A stretch of DNA of 64,000 nucleotides from Octopus vulgaris. Its lineage: Eukaryota. The stretch is from positions 2,480,001 through 2,544,000 of the forward strand of contig OX597826.1 in NCBI GenBank assembly GCA_951406725.2, in the 5' to 3' direction. The notes below the pieces were generated by a model. That model had not been told where the DNA came from and ran no database searches. It saw only the letters and a list, made by a program, of their open reading frames with translations. Of this stretch, positions 1-12,699 are shown one piece after another (the stretch's first letter is position 1; each line of letters opens with the position of its first letter). Made by a program: the position numbers and the translations under genes.

Positions 1-96
1 CCAACCACCATACAGCACAAAACGACACTAGAATAAGAAATACACCACACACAAGTCGCTACTACCCCATGAACCAAAATTACTGGTCCCCACTGA

Positions 97-2672
97 ACAC
101 AAGACAAACGCAAAACAGTATGTCAAGCAACATCCCACATACAAGCAGTTCGAAACAAAAATATTTCACATACAGAAATTTTACACACACCACAAACAAA
201 AACAACCATAGATTCCCACACACACACAACGATCGGGGGCAACAATACCACCATTCCCCCGACCCGATATCACACAACCTCACAGACAACTCATACAAAC
301 AAAATTACACCCAACATTTTTAGCCAGGGACCAGAGACACCAGGACACAGACTAGAACCTAGTAATAAGGAAAAATCGAAGATAATCAATCTCTCAACCA
401 AACCTCTTTCTAACATAAAAATTGACATCCTCTCAAAAGGGCTCAAATTTACACCAACTCCACGCAGAGCCAACCTAAATGAAATCAAGGATAATATAAC
501 AGAATTTTGCAGAAAATTAAGACTAGCAGAAGCATCAACCAGTTTCAATACTGAAGATGAATCACTAGTCAAGAACAAAAGTGAACACATCCCACACAGA
601 GGAAGAAATAAAGATCTTGATGAATTCTGTAACCACATTGAGAACTTTCCCTACCATACTGTACATAAACAGAAAGTTAGCTCAAATTTTAACACTACAC
701 AATGGTAGGAACTGATAGAACTTCAAAATGATGAGGATATAACCATTAAAGAAGCAGACAAGGGAAATGCAGTTGAAATAATGGATACATCATACTATAG
801 AAATCTTGTAATTTCCTTGCTTGATGACGACCTACATTATGAAAAAATTACCAACTACACCCCACAAAAAATAATGAAAACTCTATCTTCACTAATTAAA
901 ACCCATGAAAAGGAACTAACAACCAAAGAGATTGACTTTCTAACAAACTTTAAATGCAAGCCTAGCCTTTTCTATGGTCTGCCAAAAATCCATAAAAGCC
1001 AAATTATAAATGAAACCATTAAAAAATCACCAAAGACATACATACACACACCTAACCCGGGGGACCTAAAACTATGACCCATTGTAGCTGGCCCAACCTG
1101 TGAAACACACAGACTAAGTATATTTATTGACATCCTCCTGAAACCCTTCCTTAAACATATCGATAGCCATATCAGAGATGACTTAGATATGTTAAACCAC
1201 CTCCCCAAAAAGCCAAGGACGAAACAATCCTGGTTTCATTTGATGTAGTTAACTTGTATACCAGTATACCTCATAATTATGGACTAGAGGCAATACAGTT
1301 CTTGCTGGACCAATTTCCGGAAGAAATACCAAAAAGGATCAGTAAAGAATTCATTACTAAATCAATTGAATTCATCCTACATAATAACCACTTCATGTTT
1401 GACAATACATTTTACCGTCAAAAATCCGGAATTGCTATGGGTACAAGGGCAGCACCAGTCATTGCAAACCTAACAATGGGCTACATGGAAATAATCATTT
1501 ACCAGGAATCTTTATCAATCTTTGGAAACCCCCTTTCTCAATACATAAAAGAGAATTGGAAACGATTCTTAGACGATTGTTTTATAATCTGGAATGAAAA
1601 CACAGATAAACTCCTAAAATTTAAAAACCTATTGAACAGCATAAACCTAAATATACAGTTCACAATGGAATACAACCAAAAGGAGCTCCCGTTCTTGGAT
1701 ATACTAATTAAAAAAATTAACCTTAAAATAGAAACAGACATTTTTTACAAAGCCACAGACGCCAAACAATACCTTCTTTTTAATTCATGCCACCCAAGAC
1801 ACACTAAAACAAACATCCCCTTCAACCTTGCAAGAAGGATATGCACAATAGTGTCAGAACAAAATACCAGGAACTTTAGACTGCAAGAACTCAAAAACAC
1901 CCTAATTGACAGACATTACTCAGCTCAACTCATAGAGGATGGGATCAGACGTGCAACAGAAATCAACATAGAAACTTTAAGAAAAGTTCAACACAACAAC
2001 ACACCTTCCCCGAAAATACTACCTTACATATCTACATACAACCCCAGAAACAAAGAAGCCTTCACCATCATCACCCAGAATTTACCAATACTTCATAAGG
2101 ACCCCAAATTAAAGGAAATTCTAAACATACACCAAATCATTAAAAGCTACAAACAACCTAAATCACTTAAAAAGATTCTCACAAAGGCAAAATTGTTTTC
2201 TGAAATTACGGATGCAAAAGTAAAAAAATGTGGTAGATCGAACTGTGCAACATGTCCAAACCTGCTAGAAGAATCAGAATTCCTCTTTAAAGAGGGACAG
2301 AAATTCAAGATCAAATCTAACTTTACTTGTGCCTCTGAAAACATAATTTATGTCATAAAATGCTCAGGCTGCCACCAAGACTACGTGGGATCTACGGGAC
2401 TATCACTCAGACGTAGATGCACACTGCATCGACAACAGATTGCATTCCCAGAATACAGAATGATACCTTTTAGTGAGCACATTGAGAAATGCGCAAAGCA
2501 ACTACTACCACAATTTTTAATCATTCCATTTTACCAATGTGCTATCGGATCATCAACACAAATTAGACTAAACAAGGAAACATTCTTCATTGAAAAGTAC
2601 AAGCCCAGACTTAACCATGCCAACATACTGATACAGAGAAATTCACACCAAAGGAAAGGAAAAATTTTTTAA
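97..2672 (+). pseudogene. Disrupted PLE RT-GIY-YIG polyprotein
   Basis: Frame 1 is open 97-705, then TAG 706-708, TGA 1075-1077 (at the conserved Arg of LRPI) and a frameshift near 1207-1212 into ORF 1254-2672. Confidence 0.9.
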
Positions 2673-2790
2673 AAATTTTAAGCGATTATCTCCCTTACAC
2701 CGGAAGAAATCACTCATTACCTCCCCTTATTTAGAACTCATTTAAACATAAACATAAAGATAACTCTGTTCAAGATAAACATAACGTCGT

Positions 2791-2829
2791 AAAAAATTTG
2801 AAAAGCTAAACGCGAAACCGGTCTTTCTT
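2791..2829 (+). ncRNA. Minimal type-I hammerhead-like motif with U3-A8 core variant in PLE 3' UTR
   Basis: aaaaaat TTGAAAA gc-taaac-gc GAAA ccgg TC tttctt; palindromic stem III ACCGGT; stems I and II weak. Confidence 0.5.
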
Positions 2830-2960
2830 CTAAATTATGTCATTGTAAGAAAAACATTTTTAATATTCTTCAGACATATTGACGCAAATATATATATATT
2901 TTTAACCTTTAAGCCTTCTGTAGTTCTTTCACTTTTTACTATTTTCTATATATATATATA

Positions 2961-3212
2961 AGGATAAGATCGTTAATTTAATAATAAAATAACGATTTTA
3001 TCAAGTGGTCAGCATGGAAAAATAGTCTTCAAAGTTAATAATTATTAAAATTATAAATTAGGGTATCTACGAGATACCACCATGCTGAAAATAGCAGCCA
3101 TGATATGATTCTAAAACCACCTTAATTGGATTTTTTTTACAATTAATGTAGTTTTAGAGTCAGATCATGGCTGCTATTTTCAGCATGGAGGTATCTCGCA
3201 GATACCTTAATT

Positions 3213-3222
<10 letters not shown>
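2961..3222 (-). mobile_element. Fold-back element in (TA)n: ~85-bp inverted arms (3046-3222) plus one-sided tail; probable inverted PLE 3' end
   Basis: aaaattataaattagggtatctacgagatacc...ttaattg is mirrored by caattaa...ggtatctcgcagataccttaatttataatttt; TA runs on both sides. Confidence 0.75.
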
Positions 3223-3296
<74 letters not shown>

Positions 3297-3459
3297 TGTG
3301 TGTATTGTTCCTTTGTTAACAATTAACACGGAAAAAATAGATAAATAGTTACCAGGGTAACAAAAAATCACACAAGTAAAGAGGTTGTAACTCCTTGTTT
3401 TAAAGGTAGAAACTTCGGGTTTACGTGAAACTTTTTGTATTATATATAAATAAATAAAT

Positions 3460-3603
3460 GGAGTTTAACGCAATTGTAATTCAAGCACTTTTACTTCAGA
3501 CACTATACGTTGTTTACACCATTTTATTTCTTTGGAATGATATCAGTAATATCTTCGAAACATGTGTCGGAAGTAATAGTATTTGAATTACACCTGCATT
3601 AAA

Positions 3604-3606
<3 letters not shown>
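3460..3606. repeat. Imperfect inverted repeat (~45-bp arms); related fragment at ~10245-10305
   Basis: gagtttaacgcaattgtaattcaagcacttttacttcagacac versus gtgtcggaagtaatagtatttgaattacacctgcattaaactc. Confidence 0.65.
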
Positions 3607-3636
<30 letters not shown>

Positions 3637-3770
3637 GGGAGAGTTTACGAAAAAAGCAAAAGACGAAGACAAGTGGTGTACAAAACAAACAGATGTATTA
3701 GTATAACGCTCAGGAATAGTAAAATTCTTTTACGTTTCGAGCCTACGCTCTTCTACAGAAAAAACAATGT
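3637..3770 (-). mobile_element. Short hammerhead-bearing element in (TA)n (HHR 3727-3762, A6U core variant)
   Basis: Minus strand tttt CTGTAGA a gagc-gtag-gctc GAAA cg TA aaag; shares acgctcaggaa with the 200-bp family. Confidence 0.6.
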
Positions 3771-3799
3771 ATATAAAGATATATATAGATATGTATATA

Positions 3800-3836
<37 letters not shown>

Positions 3837-3842
3837 GTATAC

Positions 3843-3889
<47 letters not shown>

Positions 3890-3902
3890 GATATGTATAT
3901 AC

Positions 3903-3986
<84 letters not shown>

Positions 3987-5200
3987 CTGTGCTTCTGAAT
4001 TTCTGCGTATACGTGATATTGCATCCATGCCTACGCGTATCTGTAAGGATAGATAGTAGGGAAAAGAAGTTTTGAACAAAAGCTAGAGAGGATGAAATAT
4101 AGTTAAACAGAGAGAACAGGGATGGGTTTTTTTGTCTTTGTAAGTGTTTTTGTAAGTGTTTTTGCGTTAGTAGATGAGCGACTGCTTTTGATTGATATGG
4201 ACGATATAAGAAATAGGATGTTATATACCTTTTGACAAAATGTTCATCTATGCGTGTAGTTACATATTTACTAGCATAAAAAAAATATGCCTAAGTATAT
4301 GTGAAGCTAATATCTACTTACCAAAAAGAAAACTTACATTCTTGAAGTGGCTATACCCACACAGACACACAGATACAGACACACACACACACAAGCGTAC
4401 ATACATGGGTATATACGTATATTACAAATTCGTGTGGTCTTGTGTCTGTGTATGAGTGAATGCGCTGTTATAGTTTTGTATCCACAGCTGTATGAATGTA
4501 TATTTGTTTGTAATATATATGTGTATTCCCGAACTCACGTTTGATGACTGAAGCAAAATAAAATGCAAAATGCTATATTATCTTTGTAATATTGTGTTAC
4601 ATGTCCAAAACCGCTTTCGGAAAAATAAAAAAAAAAGCTAGTAATCCAGATAAAACTACAAGAATGAAAACATAAGAAAAGATAAACGGAGCTGAAGAAA
4701 ATACAAACAAAAGACAAAAAAATAAATTGGAACAAAATGTACGAAAACAACATTAATGTTTGGAGGGCATATTTTTTTTTAACAAAATTTCCATTTCTTA
4801 CGGCTCGATTACATTTTATTTGCAATGCCAGAAACAAGGTCGGCCATACTGTTGCTGACTCTCAAGATTTACTCAAGCAATTCGTTACATCTGCCTCTCT
4901 GGATGGCGAGTGGCGAATGACGAATGAGCTGCGATGGATTCTTCCCTTTTAATGGCTACGTATGTAAGTATGTATGTATGTATGTATGTATGTATGTATG
5001 TATGTATGTATGTATGTATGTATGTATGTATGTATGTACAAACTCATAAACAAACATATATGCCTTTGTATTTGGATGTCGGGCTTAGAATATTCAAAGT
5101 TATGTATATGTGCGTGCGTGGGTGTATATATATGTGTGTGTGTATATATATGTATGTATATATACATATATGTGTATATATATATATATGTAAATAGAGG

Positions 5201-5245
<45 letters not shown>

Positions 5246-6104
5246 TTATGTATGCATATGTGTGTGTACTACAGATATAGGTAGATGTGTATACATGTAT
5301 ACATATCGAGACATACACCTACACATAAAGTAGAGTAAACAAACACAGGCACCTCCCCCGCCCCACATTTCTATATTCTCTTACCGGGACACGATTGTAG
5401 TTGAAGCGAAGTATCTGAGAACACATTTGCTTTGCACATATGGTCATTGAAGTTTCTGCATATTTTCTACATTCTCTTTTATGCCATTCTTCTTTAGTGT
5501 TGCTTTGCTGGTTCGCTTCTACAATATGGATGTGGAAAATACTTTTTACAAATTATAGAACATCGCATGCGTAAATCTGGTTCTAGTGTTAAAAATGAGA
5601 GCATTTTATTTTTTACTGATTGTTATTTATAATATTAACCATTCGATTTGGAACCGTTTGCAATGCCAGTTTCTACACTGAGGATGAGCTAATTTTAACA
5701 TTCTGTGTGGCACTAGTTTCAAAGTGACGGTATATAATAGGAAGCATCGTATGCACAAAGTAAGTACGTCCTTATAGGACCCTACACGGGCATATATTCG
5801 TGCATGTATGAGTCTTCTATTTTCAATTATTCCAAATCTTCCACTGAGGAGGGAGCCGGTTTCCAACGCATGTATATATGTATGTATGTACGTAATTATT
5901 TCATTATTTCTTACCAATAAAGAACCGGTTTCTGAGCTAGATCCAAGGATCCTTCATTGGGATTTCAACATCAACAGTGGCTTATTTTTGTATGTATGCA
6001 TATGTGCAGATTTGTTTGTTTTATTTTATGTATGTATTCTCATACATATATTTGTATATCTACACAATCTCATATACATTTAAACGATAAACTTCTGGAA
6101 AGAT

Positions 6105-6289
6105 ACAGTTCTATATTTAAGAGATGAGGAATTATGTACATTATTTACATTATGGACATTCGGCGGATATTTGTCCTCATCTTGTTTGTTGTTAAAACAA
6201 CGTTTCGGCTGATATACACTCCAGCCTTCTTCAGATGTCTTGCGGAAATTTCGAATCTGGGTTCTCATTCCTAAGGTATTCTTTGATGC

Positions 6290-6347
<58 letters not shown>

Positions 6348-6446
6348 GTTGTTGTTGTTGTTGTTGTTCAGGTCACTGCTGGGAATCGAACTCGGAATCT
6401 TGGGGTTAGTAGCCCGCGCTCTTAACCGCTACTCAATATGCCCGTT
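6105..6446 (-). mobile_element. Composite element: tRNA-like Pol III head + (AAC/AAT)n + hammerhead module, 7-bp TSD
   Basis: Head with A-box-like tgagtagcgg and B-box gagttcgattccc (6368-6444); microsatellite 6291-6368; HHR 6195-6239; direct repeat gaaagat at 6098-6104 and 6447-6453. Confidence 0.75.
6195..6239 (-). ncRNA. Type-I hammerhead ribozyme motif
   Basis: gacat CTGAAGA a ggctg-gagtgtatat-cagcc GAAA cg TT gttt; 5-bp stem II, ACGT stem III, stem I eroded. Confidence 0.72.
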
Positions 6447-7020
6447 GAAAGATGTACAGATTTTTACAGTTCTAATGACGGATAGGAACTGTAGTTTTCG
6501 AATTAGCCTAATTTCTTAATATTTTTATTTAGGCACTGTGTTACATATCTCAGCGCCGCAATAATTACAGGTATACACCTGAACTTGTAATCTGGATAGA
6601 GTAACTACAGATTTCTCAATAGTTCAGCGTAGGTATTCCCTTTTTCACTAATCTTCAGCTTTATGTTAATATCTGCTGGTCAGCGAATTACCACAACTGT
6701 ACACGGTTTCCCTTTTCTATTGCAAATCATTATAGCAGGTCTACTGAGTTTATATTTTATCGAGGTTTTCACTTTGACATCCCACCAGTTCTTTTTATTA
6801 TGAGTGTCTATGGCTTCCACCATACTGTGGGTTCTTATTCCTTTGTCCTCGGGATTATCCTCTCGATGGATCTCGTTATACAGTATCTTAGCTACAACAT
6901 CATGTCTTATCGTTATTTAATACCGTGATGACATTTTTGGACAACAGTTTATGATATAGGTGATATATTTGGTGTTAACTCCACTAAGTCTTTATCGGTT
7001 TTCACACACACACACACACG

Positions 7021-7085
<65 letters not shown>

Positions 7086-7196
7086 AATATATATATATAC
7101 ATGCAGATATATATAAATATGTATTTGAATGTATATGTATGTATATGTGTGTATATATGTTTTGAATGCGCCTTATCTTCATTTCGTCATACACAA

Positions 7197-7428
7197 GGCG
7201 GTGAGCTGGCAGAAACGTTAGCACGCCGGGCGAAATGCGTAGCTGTATTTCGTCTGGCATTACGTTCTGAGTTCAAATTCCGCCGAGGTCAACTTTACCT
7301 TTCATCCTTTCTGGGTCGATAAATTAAGTACCAATTACGCACTGGGGTCGATGTAATCGACTTAATCCGTTTGTTTCTCCTTGTTTGTCCTCTCTGTGTT
7401 TAGCCCCTTGTGGGTAGTAAAGAAATAT
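7197..7428 (+). mobile_element. tRNA-derived SINE family B (Nin-like central domain)
   Basis: aggcggtgagctggcagaaacgttagc..gagttcaaattcc..cctttcatcctttctgggtcgataaattaagtacca..gccccttgtgggtagtaaagaaata; many copies in window. Confidence 0.85.
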
Positions 7429-8206
7429 CTATGTGTTATTGAAATTAAAAAAAAAACTGCGTTCTTACATACAGTCCTCCAATGGATATATAACGAACGA
7501 ACACATTGCAATTGTTGCGACAAGAGAAAGTGGCGTCTGAATGCCTGCGTCAATGCGATAAGTGTCGTGTGTCAGTCTATGACAGTTGGGATCAGGTTTT
7601 GCTGGTCATATGCCAATATACTTTACTTCGCGAAGGGAACTTGTTGCAATCGGCGTTTCATTCAGAAATAAAGCCGTTGGTAGAAAGCTCCTTAAGAGTC
7701 TCACATCAATAAATGTGTTTCCTGCATCAAAATCAACGTGTGATTTCTAATATATATTTTGCACTTTGCTATTTTCAAATATTACAAAACGAAGCCTTTA
7801 TACATGATGTGCTTGGAATATATTTATTTTTTTTGAGCAGAAGAAATTCTTTCCCTTTAAAACTAAATATCTAGAAACCATAACGAATGACATAATAAAT
7901 GAAAATATTTTACATTGATATTTAAAATGCTTGATGTTTAGACATACCGTAATTACTTCAAAACTTTTAACCATCACAGTAATTACAAATAGCTAGTATG
8001 ATTATAAGAAAGGTAAATAAAGACATATTCTGTATCGAAATTAATACTGAGAGTCCAGTTTTATTCATCGTAAACAACATCCGACCTCCCATATTTAATT
8101 ATATTTTCCATCGAGGAAATATTTCAACGTTATGTATATTGCCGTCCTGAATAACTAAGTGTACGAGTATTATTTTCATTTTTTGGTTATGGAAATAAGC
8201 TGCATA

Positions 8207-8456
8207 TGTTTGTTCCTTCTCGAGCCATGCCTGGCTCATAAGGGCCGGTTTCCCAGTTTCTTGGCGTATAGGTTCCCCGCCTTGACGGGACGCCGGTCCA
8301 TCGCAGGTGAGCTGCAAGATGCAGGAGGAACGAGTGAGAGAAAGGTGTGGCGAAAGAGTCAGCAGAAGTTTCGCCATTATCTTCGGCCGGAGCCGCGTGG
8401 AGATTAGGTGTTTCGCTCATAAACACACACATCGCCCGGTCTGAGATTCAAACCCG
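8207..8456 (-). mobile_element. SINE family A, 5'-truncated
   Basis: Matches the 9163-9465 and 43813-44119 copies. Confidence 0.85.
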
Positions 8457-9162
8457 CTTCACACAAACTTATACACATCCACAAACACACACACAGGCAT
8501 ATATATTCACACATACATATGTATATGTGTGTGTTCGTGTGTGTGCGTTTGTGGTAATATGTATGTACGTGTGTTTGTCTCATTCCCACTCTCCGTTCAG
8601 ATAGGTATCAGATTATTTCATTTTTAGTCGTACATAATATCCTCTAATTCACTTAGCTACTCTCACTTTCATTAGCTAATCAATCCATCAATCAAATTTC
8701 CTCGCCTTCTGAATATGGAAGTAAATAATATTTTTAAAAAAAATACAAACAAACAAACTACGCGTTATTACGAGATTTATGTCAATGTGCATTGTGAAAA
8801 AATTGGCCATGTTTGATATGATATCTATTTTTGTGCCACTGACTGAACAGTTTTAGCTCTCGATATCGATTTTATATCGTTCATTTATCAATAATACAAT
8901 TTCCAGACTTATAGAGAATTGCAATAGATATATTCGATGCATGAATATAATACTGATCGAAGAATTACCATTTCGTTTCCTTACATCAAAATATATTGTT
9001 ATCGCAGCACAAAAACAACAATATATCTCTACATAGGTGATACTAGATTGTAAGAATTATCCGTTATGCGATTCTAATCGGAATTAGTACAAGAAAAGTT
9101 AGTAGTGTTTGTAGACTGATACGAATTTATTCGCAAATCCTAAAGAAGTCATGTTGGGTATT

Positions 9163-9465
9163 GTTTGTTCCTTCTCGAGCCATGCCTGGCTCATAAGGGC
9201 CGGTTTCCCGGCTTCCTTGGCATATAGGTTCCCCACCTGGAGGGGAAGCCGGTCCGTCGCAGGTGAGCTGCAAGATGCAGGAGGAAAGAGTGAGAGAAAG
9301 TTGAGGCGAAAGAATCAGCAGAAGTTCGCCATTACCTTCTGCCGGAGCCGCGTGGAGCTTAGGTGTTTCACTCATAAACACACACATTGTGTATTCTGAG
9401 ATTCGAACCCGCGATCCCCCGACCACGAGTCCGCTGCTCTAACCACTACGCCATGCGCCTCCACA
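9163..9465 (-). mobile_element. tRNA-derived SINE family A (V-domain-like core), full length with 12-bp TSD
   Basis: A box tggcgtagtgg, B box ggttcgaatc, core cctgcgacggaccggc..tccagg; TSD atgttgggtatt at 9151-9162 and 9466-9477. Confidence 0.9.
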
Positions 9466-10300
9466 ATGTTGGGTATTACAATAGGTTACTCTTAATATCT
9501 ATTTCCGGATCGAAACTTTCAAATTCTATATCCGATATATTAAAATACTACAAGGTCACACCAATACACATATATATTAATTACATCAAGTAAATCTGGG
9601 AGAGAAAGAACTGTCTGTTTCCGATATTTCATAGACCTCATCAGAAATTTTCGGTTCTGTTATGCAGGAAATTAAGTCTCTGATGGGGTGTAAGTGAGTT
9701 AAGTCAGCTGACGAGGGCCATCATGTGAGGAATTACATCTGACTGGGAATGAGGATTCGGGTGACTGGGATATATTACCGAAAAAAAAAAACCCAGATCG
9801 GTCTGCATGTACATGTCGACATAAACACAAACACAATTAACAAAGCTATGCGTATACACGTAGGTGACTGTATCTGTGTAACGGATTATCTTAGAGCTAA
9901 GCGATTCTACCTAAAATTAGGCATAGACGCACACACCCTCATCACACACATACACATACCACAAACACAAATATGCATACAGGTGTGTATATGATTCGAA
10001 TGAAAACACTAATACGACCTGGCTACGGGTATTTACTTGGGATTTCACTAGAAATCTCACTCCCTTGGCTTATATATATATATCTATAAATTTGTTTTCC
10101 TTTTCCAAATTTCGGTTTGATTTATTATTTTTTCTTTTTTAATTTTCCAAACACCCATTTTTATTAAAATTTTCTTTCAATTTAGCATTCTGCCTTATTA
10201 TAATTTTTCCTCTCCTATACATTTATATATATATATATATAGATGAGTGTATGTAGAAAGTAAAAATACTTGTTTAAACCTGCGTTAACTCCATTTTTTA

Positions 10301-10351
<51 letters not shown>

Positions 10352-10356
<5 letters not shown>

Positions 10357-10563
10357 TAATCCAAACATGAAAAAACAAAGAGCAAACACAACAACGCAAG
10401 GACATGGAACAAGTATAGTATTATTGGACGCTCAGGAAAGACGGAAAGAAGGCGGGTTTAACGTTTCGAGTAGAGCTCTTCGTCAGAAACATAGGAAAAG
10501 GAAAGATCCAAAGAAGGGAAGACGGAGGAAACAAAATCGCCAACAATACACATGCGGTCACAT
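10352..10563 (-). mobile_element. ~200-bp hammerhead-bearing element in (TA)n (HHR 10456-10490)
   Basis: gttt CTGACGA a gagc-tct-actc GAAA cg TT aaac; homologous end to end with 22578-22778 and 48412-48606. Confidence 0.82.
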
Positions 10564-10771
10564 TTTGAATATATATATATGAATTTTTGTTGCAAGATTC
10601 TTGATGTGAAACTGTATGTTGAAACAAATATTGTTGTATTTAGAGATGGTCATTTTCTTCTCTTGCCAAATAAACACACACACTGTATATTCGTTCTTCA
10701 TTCACTCGTTCATTACTGTTCTTATTATAACGTATGTCCGGAAATCTTTCATCACAACGGTACACATAGAA

Positions 10772-10806
<35 letters not shown>

Positions 10807-10867
10807 CAAACTAACAAAAACTCGCACGCGTGCACACACATACACAGACACATGCACAGCACACGGG

Positions 10868-10898
<31 letters not shown>

Positions 10899-11079
10899 AT
10901 GCACAAACACACGCGCACGCATGCCTCCGCACACACAAAAGCACACGCGCACGCATACACACTCAGACAGACACACACACACACACGCACACATGCGCGC
11001 GCGCAGCACACACACACATACAAAAACACACTCACACATGCACACACACACATGTCTATATATGTTCATTTATTTTGTT

Positions 11080-11275
11080 CTTTTACTTTTTTCTGCCATT
11101 TGACAGCGGTCATGCTGGAGCACCGCCTTTAATCGTATAACTGCATTCCAGGACTTTTTCTTTGTAAGCATATACTTATTCATCGATTTCTTTTGCTGAA
11201 AGCCTAAGTTACGGTGCAGTAAACACACCAACATCGGTTGTCAAGCGATGGTGACGGGACAAACACACACACACA
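11080..11275 (-). mobile_element. 3' part of SINE family C
   Basis: Reverse complement of atcgcttgacaaccgatgttggtgtgtttac...aaggcggtgctccagcatg. Confidence 0.75.
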
Positions 11276-11290
11276 AATACATACATACAC

Positions 11291-11344
<54 letters not shown>

Positions 11345-11369
11345 GTATATATATGCCTGCATATATATG

Positions 11370-11770
11370 TCACGTTGGTTAAAATACCAGTGATTGTAGG
11401 AGCTCTTGGAATGACCAAACAAGGAAGTGAAAATTATTTAAGAAAGATCCCTGGCTTACCACCCATACAGGAGGTGCAAAATTTTGTCTTAACTGCCACT
11501 TCGCACCTATCGAGAAGAGCATTGTTGCTGTGAATTTTCTTTCCCTTTTCCACCTTCATTTTCATTGTTTTTCTTTTTTCTTCTATTTTTTCCTTCTCTT
11601 CCGTTCCCTTTTCTGTATGTCTTTCTTCCTCCTTTTTATCCTATCACATGAATTTGTAAACAAGCAGTCTGGTGTGTATATTTAATTGCCTTCCAATCTA
11701 TACAGCAAGTTTCTTTGCCCTAACTGTAGGGAAGACACTCGGCAAAAATTATAAAGAAAACTGAAAGGAG
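11370..11770 (+). mobile_element. 3' end of R4/Dong-like LINE followed by (TAA)n
   Basis: 11384-11533 translates IPVIVGALGMTKQGSENYLRKIPGLPPIQEVQNFVLTATSHLSRRALLL*, a typical RLE-LINE C-terminus; abuts (TAA)n. Confidence 0.78.
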
Positions 11771-11834
<64 letters not shown>

Positions 11835-11863
11835 TGATAATAATAATAATAAGGATAATAATA

Positions 11864-11946
<83 letters not shown>
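11771..11946. repeat. (TAA)n microsatellite
   Basis: Direct reading. Confidence 0.97.
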
Positions 11947-11948
<2 letters not shown>

Positions 11949-11962
11949 ATGTATATATTCAA

Positions 11963-11996
<34 letters not shown>

Positions 11997-12160
11997 GGGT
12001 GTGTGTGATTGTGTATAGAAGAATATATTAATAAAAAGAATTCCAACCTTGTCTGATTTTCACGTTTTATTTACAATCTTATAATGATATATTATAAGAT
12101 AATATATTATAATTGAATAAAATAAAATGAAATAGTAGAATGTTAAATATTCATTCTGAT

Positions 12161-12205
12161 TGAACTAGTACTTTCATGCATTGAATTCTGCAATCTTCGG
12201 GTTCA
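12161..12205 (-). ncRNA. Minimal type-I hammerhead (U4C variant) in pLTR
   Basis: tgaac CCGAAGA t-tgca-gaattcaa-tgca-t GAAA gtac TA gttca; perfect 5-bp stem I, palindromic AGTACT stem III. Confidence 0.78.
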
Positions 12206-12699
12206 TGTAGTAGTGTTGACAGTCATGCTTCACAATTTTTGACTGTAGCAAGATGAGTGATTCTGTGCTATAAATACAGCTGGGTAGGCTCCAGAGTGCT
12301 AGGTTTTGCAAACTGTATTCTGACCAATCAGTGTGTAGTATCACTCAATTACTTAAGCTGATTGGTTGGTTGAGCTGATTGGTTTAGGCATCACGCTTTG
12401 TTGGACAGGTCAAGAGTCCTGTATCTTGACCCTGGCCGAAGCAGCAATTGTTGGGTTATTTTTAGAAATGTTGTAAATATCCTTTGTCAGAGATTTTTAT
12501 ATTTTTATATTTCAATTGTCATCATCATCATTGTCAGCACCTTAATTATTGTTGCTAGTGGTGATGGTGGTGGCAATAGAACTTTTAACCCTAAATAAGA
12601 TAATTTTCCTGCTATCTTCGTCTTGATCACCTTTAGTATTGTTGTTGTTGTTAGTGGTCATGGTCGTAGCAGTGGAAGTAATACCTCTAAGTATTATTA

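Larger units (their letters stand above)
1..2946 (+). mobile_element. Penelope-like retroelement (Neptune-type), decayed; 5' end probably outside window; ends at (TA)n
   Basis: PLE motifs in order: IINLS..LSKGLKFTPTP (383-465), IKEADKGNAV, FYGLPKIHK, L*PIVAGP, SFDVVNLYTSIP, GIAMGT, RFLDDCF, LPFLDI, YLLFNSCHP, linker KKCGRSNCATC, GIY-YIG IIYVIKCSGCHQDYVGST. 3' UTR runs to the TA tract at ~2947. Confidence 0.93.
5890..6995 (-). mobile_element. 3' fragment of a restriction-like-endonuclease LINE (R4/Dong-like), interrupted by an insertion at 6105-6446
   Basis: Minus translation ..[78 protein letters not shown]|QKFIV*; 3' UTR ends in (TACA)n. Confidence 0.8.

Noticed and set aside
311-330. catttttag as a programmed -1 frameshift or intron acceptor between ORF 69-323 and the RT frame
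   Set aside because: Only five Ts, no clear stimulatory structure, and the RT frame is already open from 97; undecidable from one decayed copy.
1075-1077. In-frame TGA in the first PLE as possible selenocysteine
   Set aside because: It aligns with the conserved Arg of LRPI (CGA>TGA decay), and the copy also has a TAG and a frameshift.
4830-4960. GC-richer island with AG/GT borders as a coding exon
   Set aside because: All frames stop or give no recognisable protein; cannot be supported.
7440-7712. Cys-containing ORFs 7381-7671 and 7506-7712
   Set aside because: No recognisable domain or splice context.
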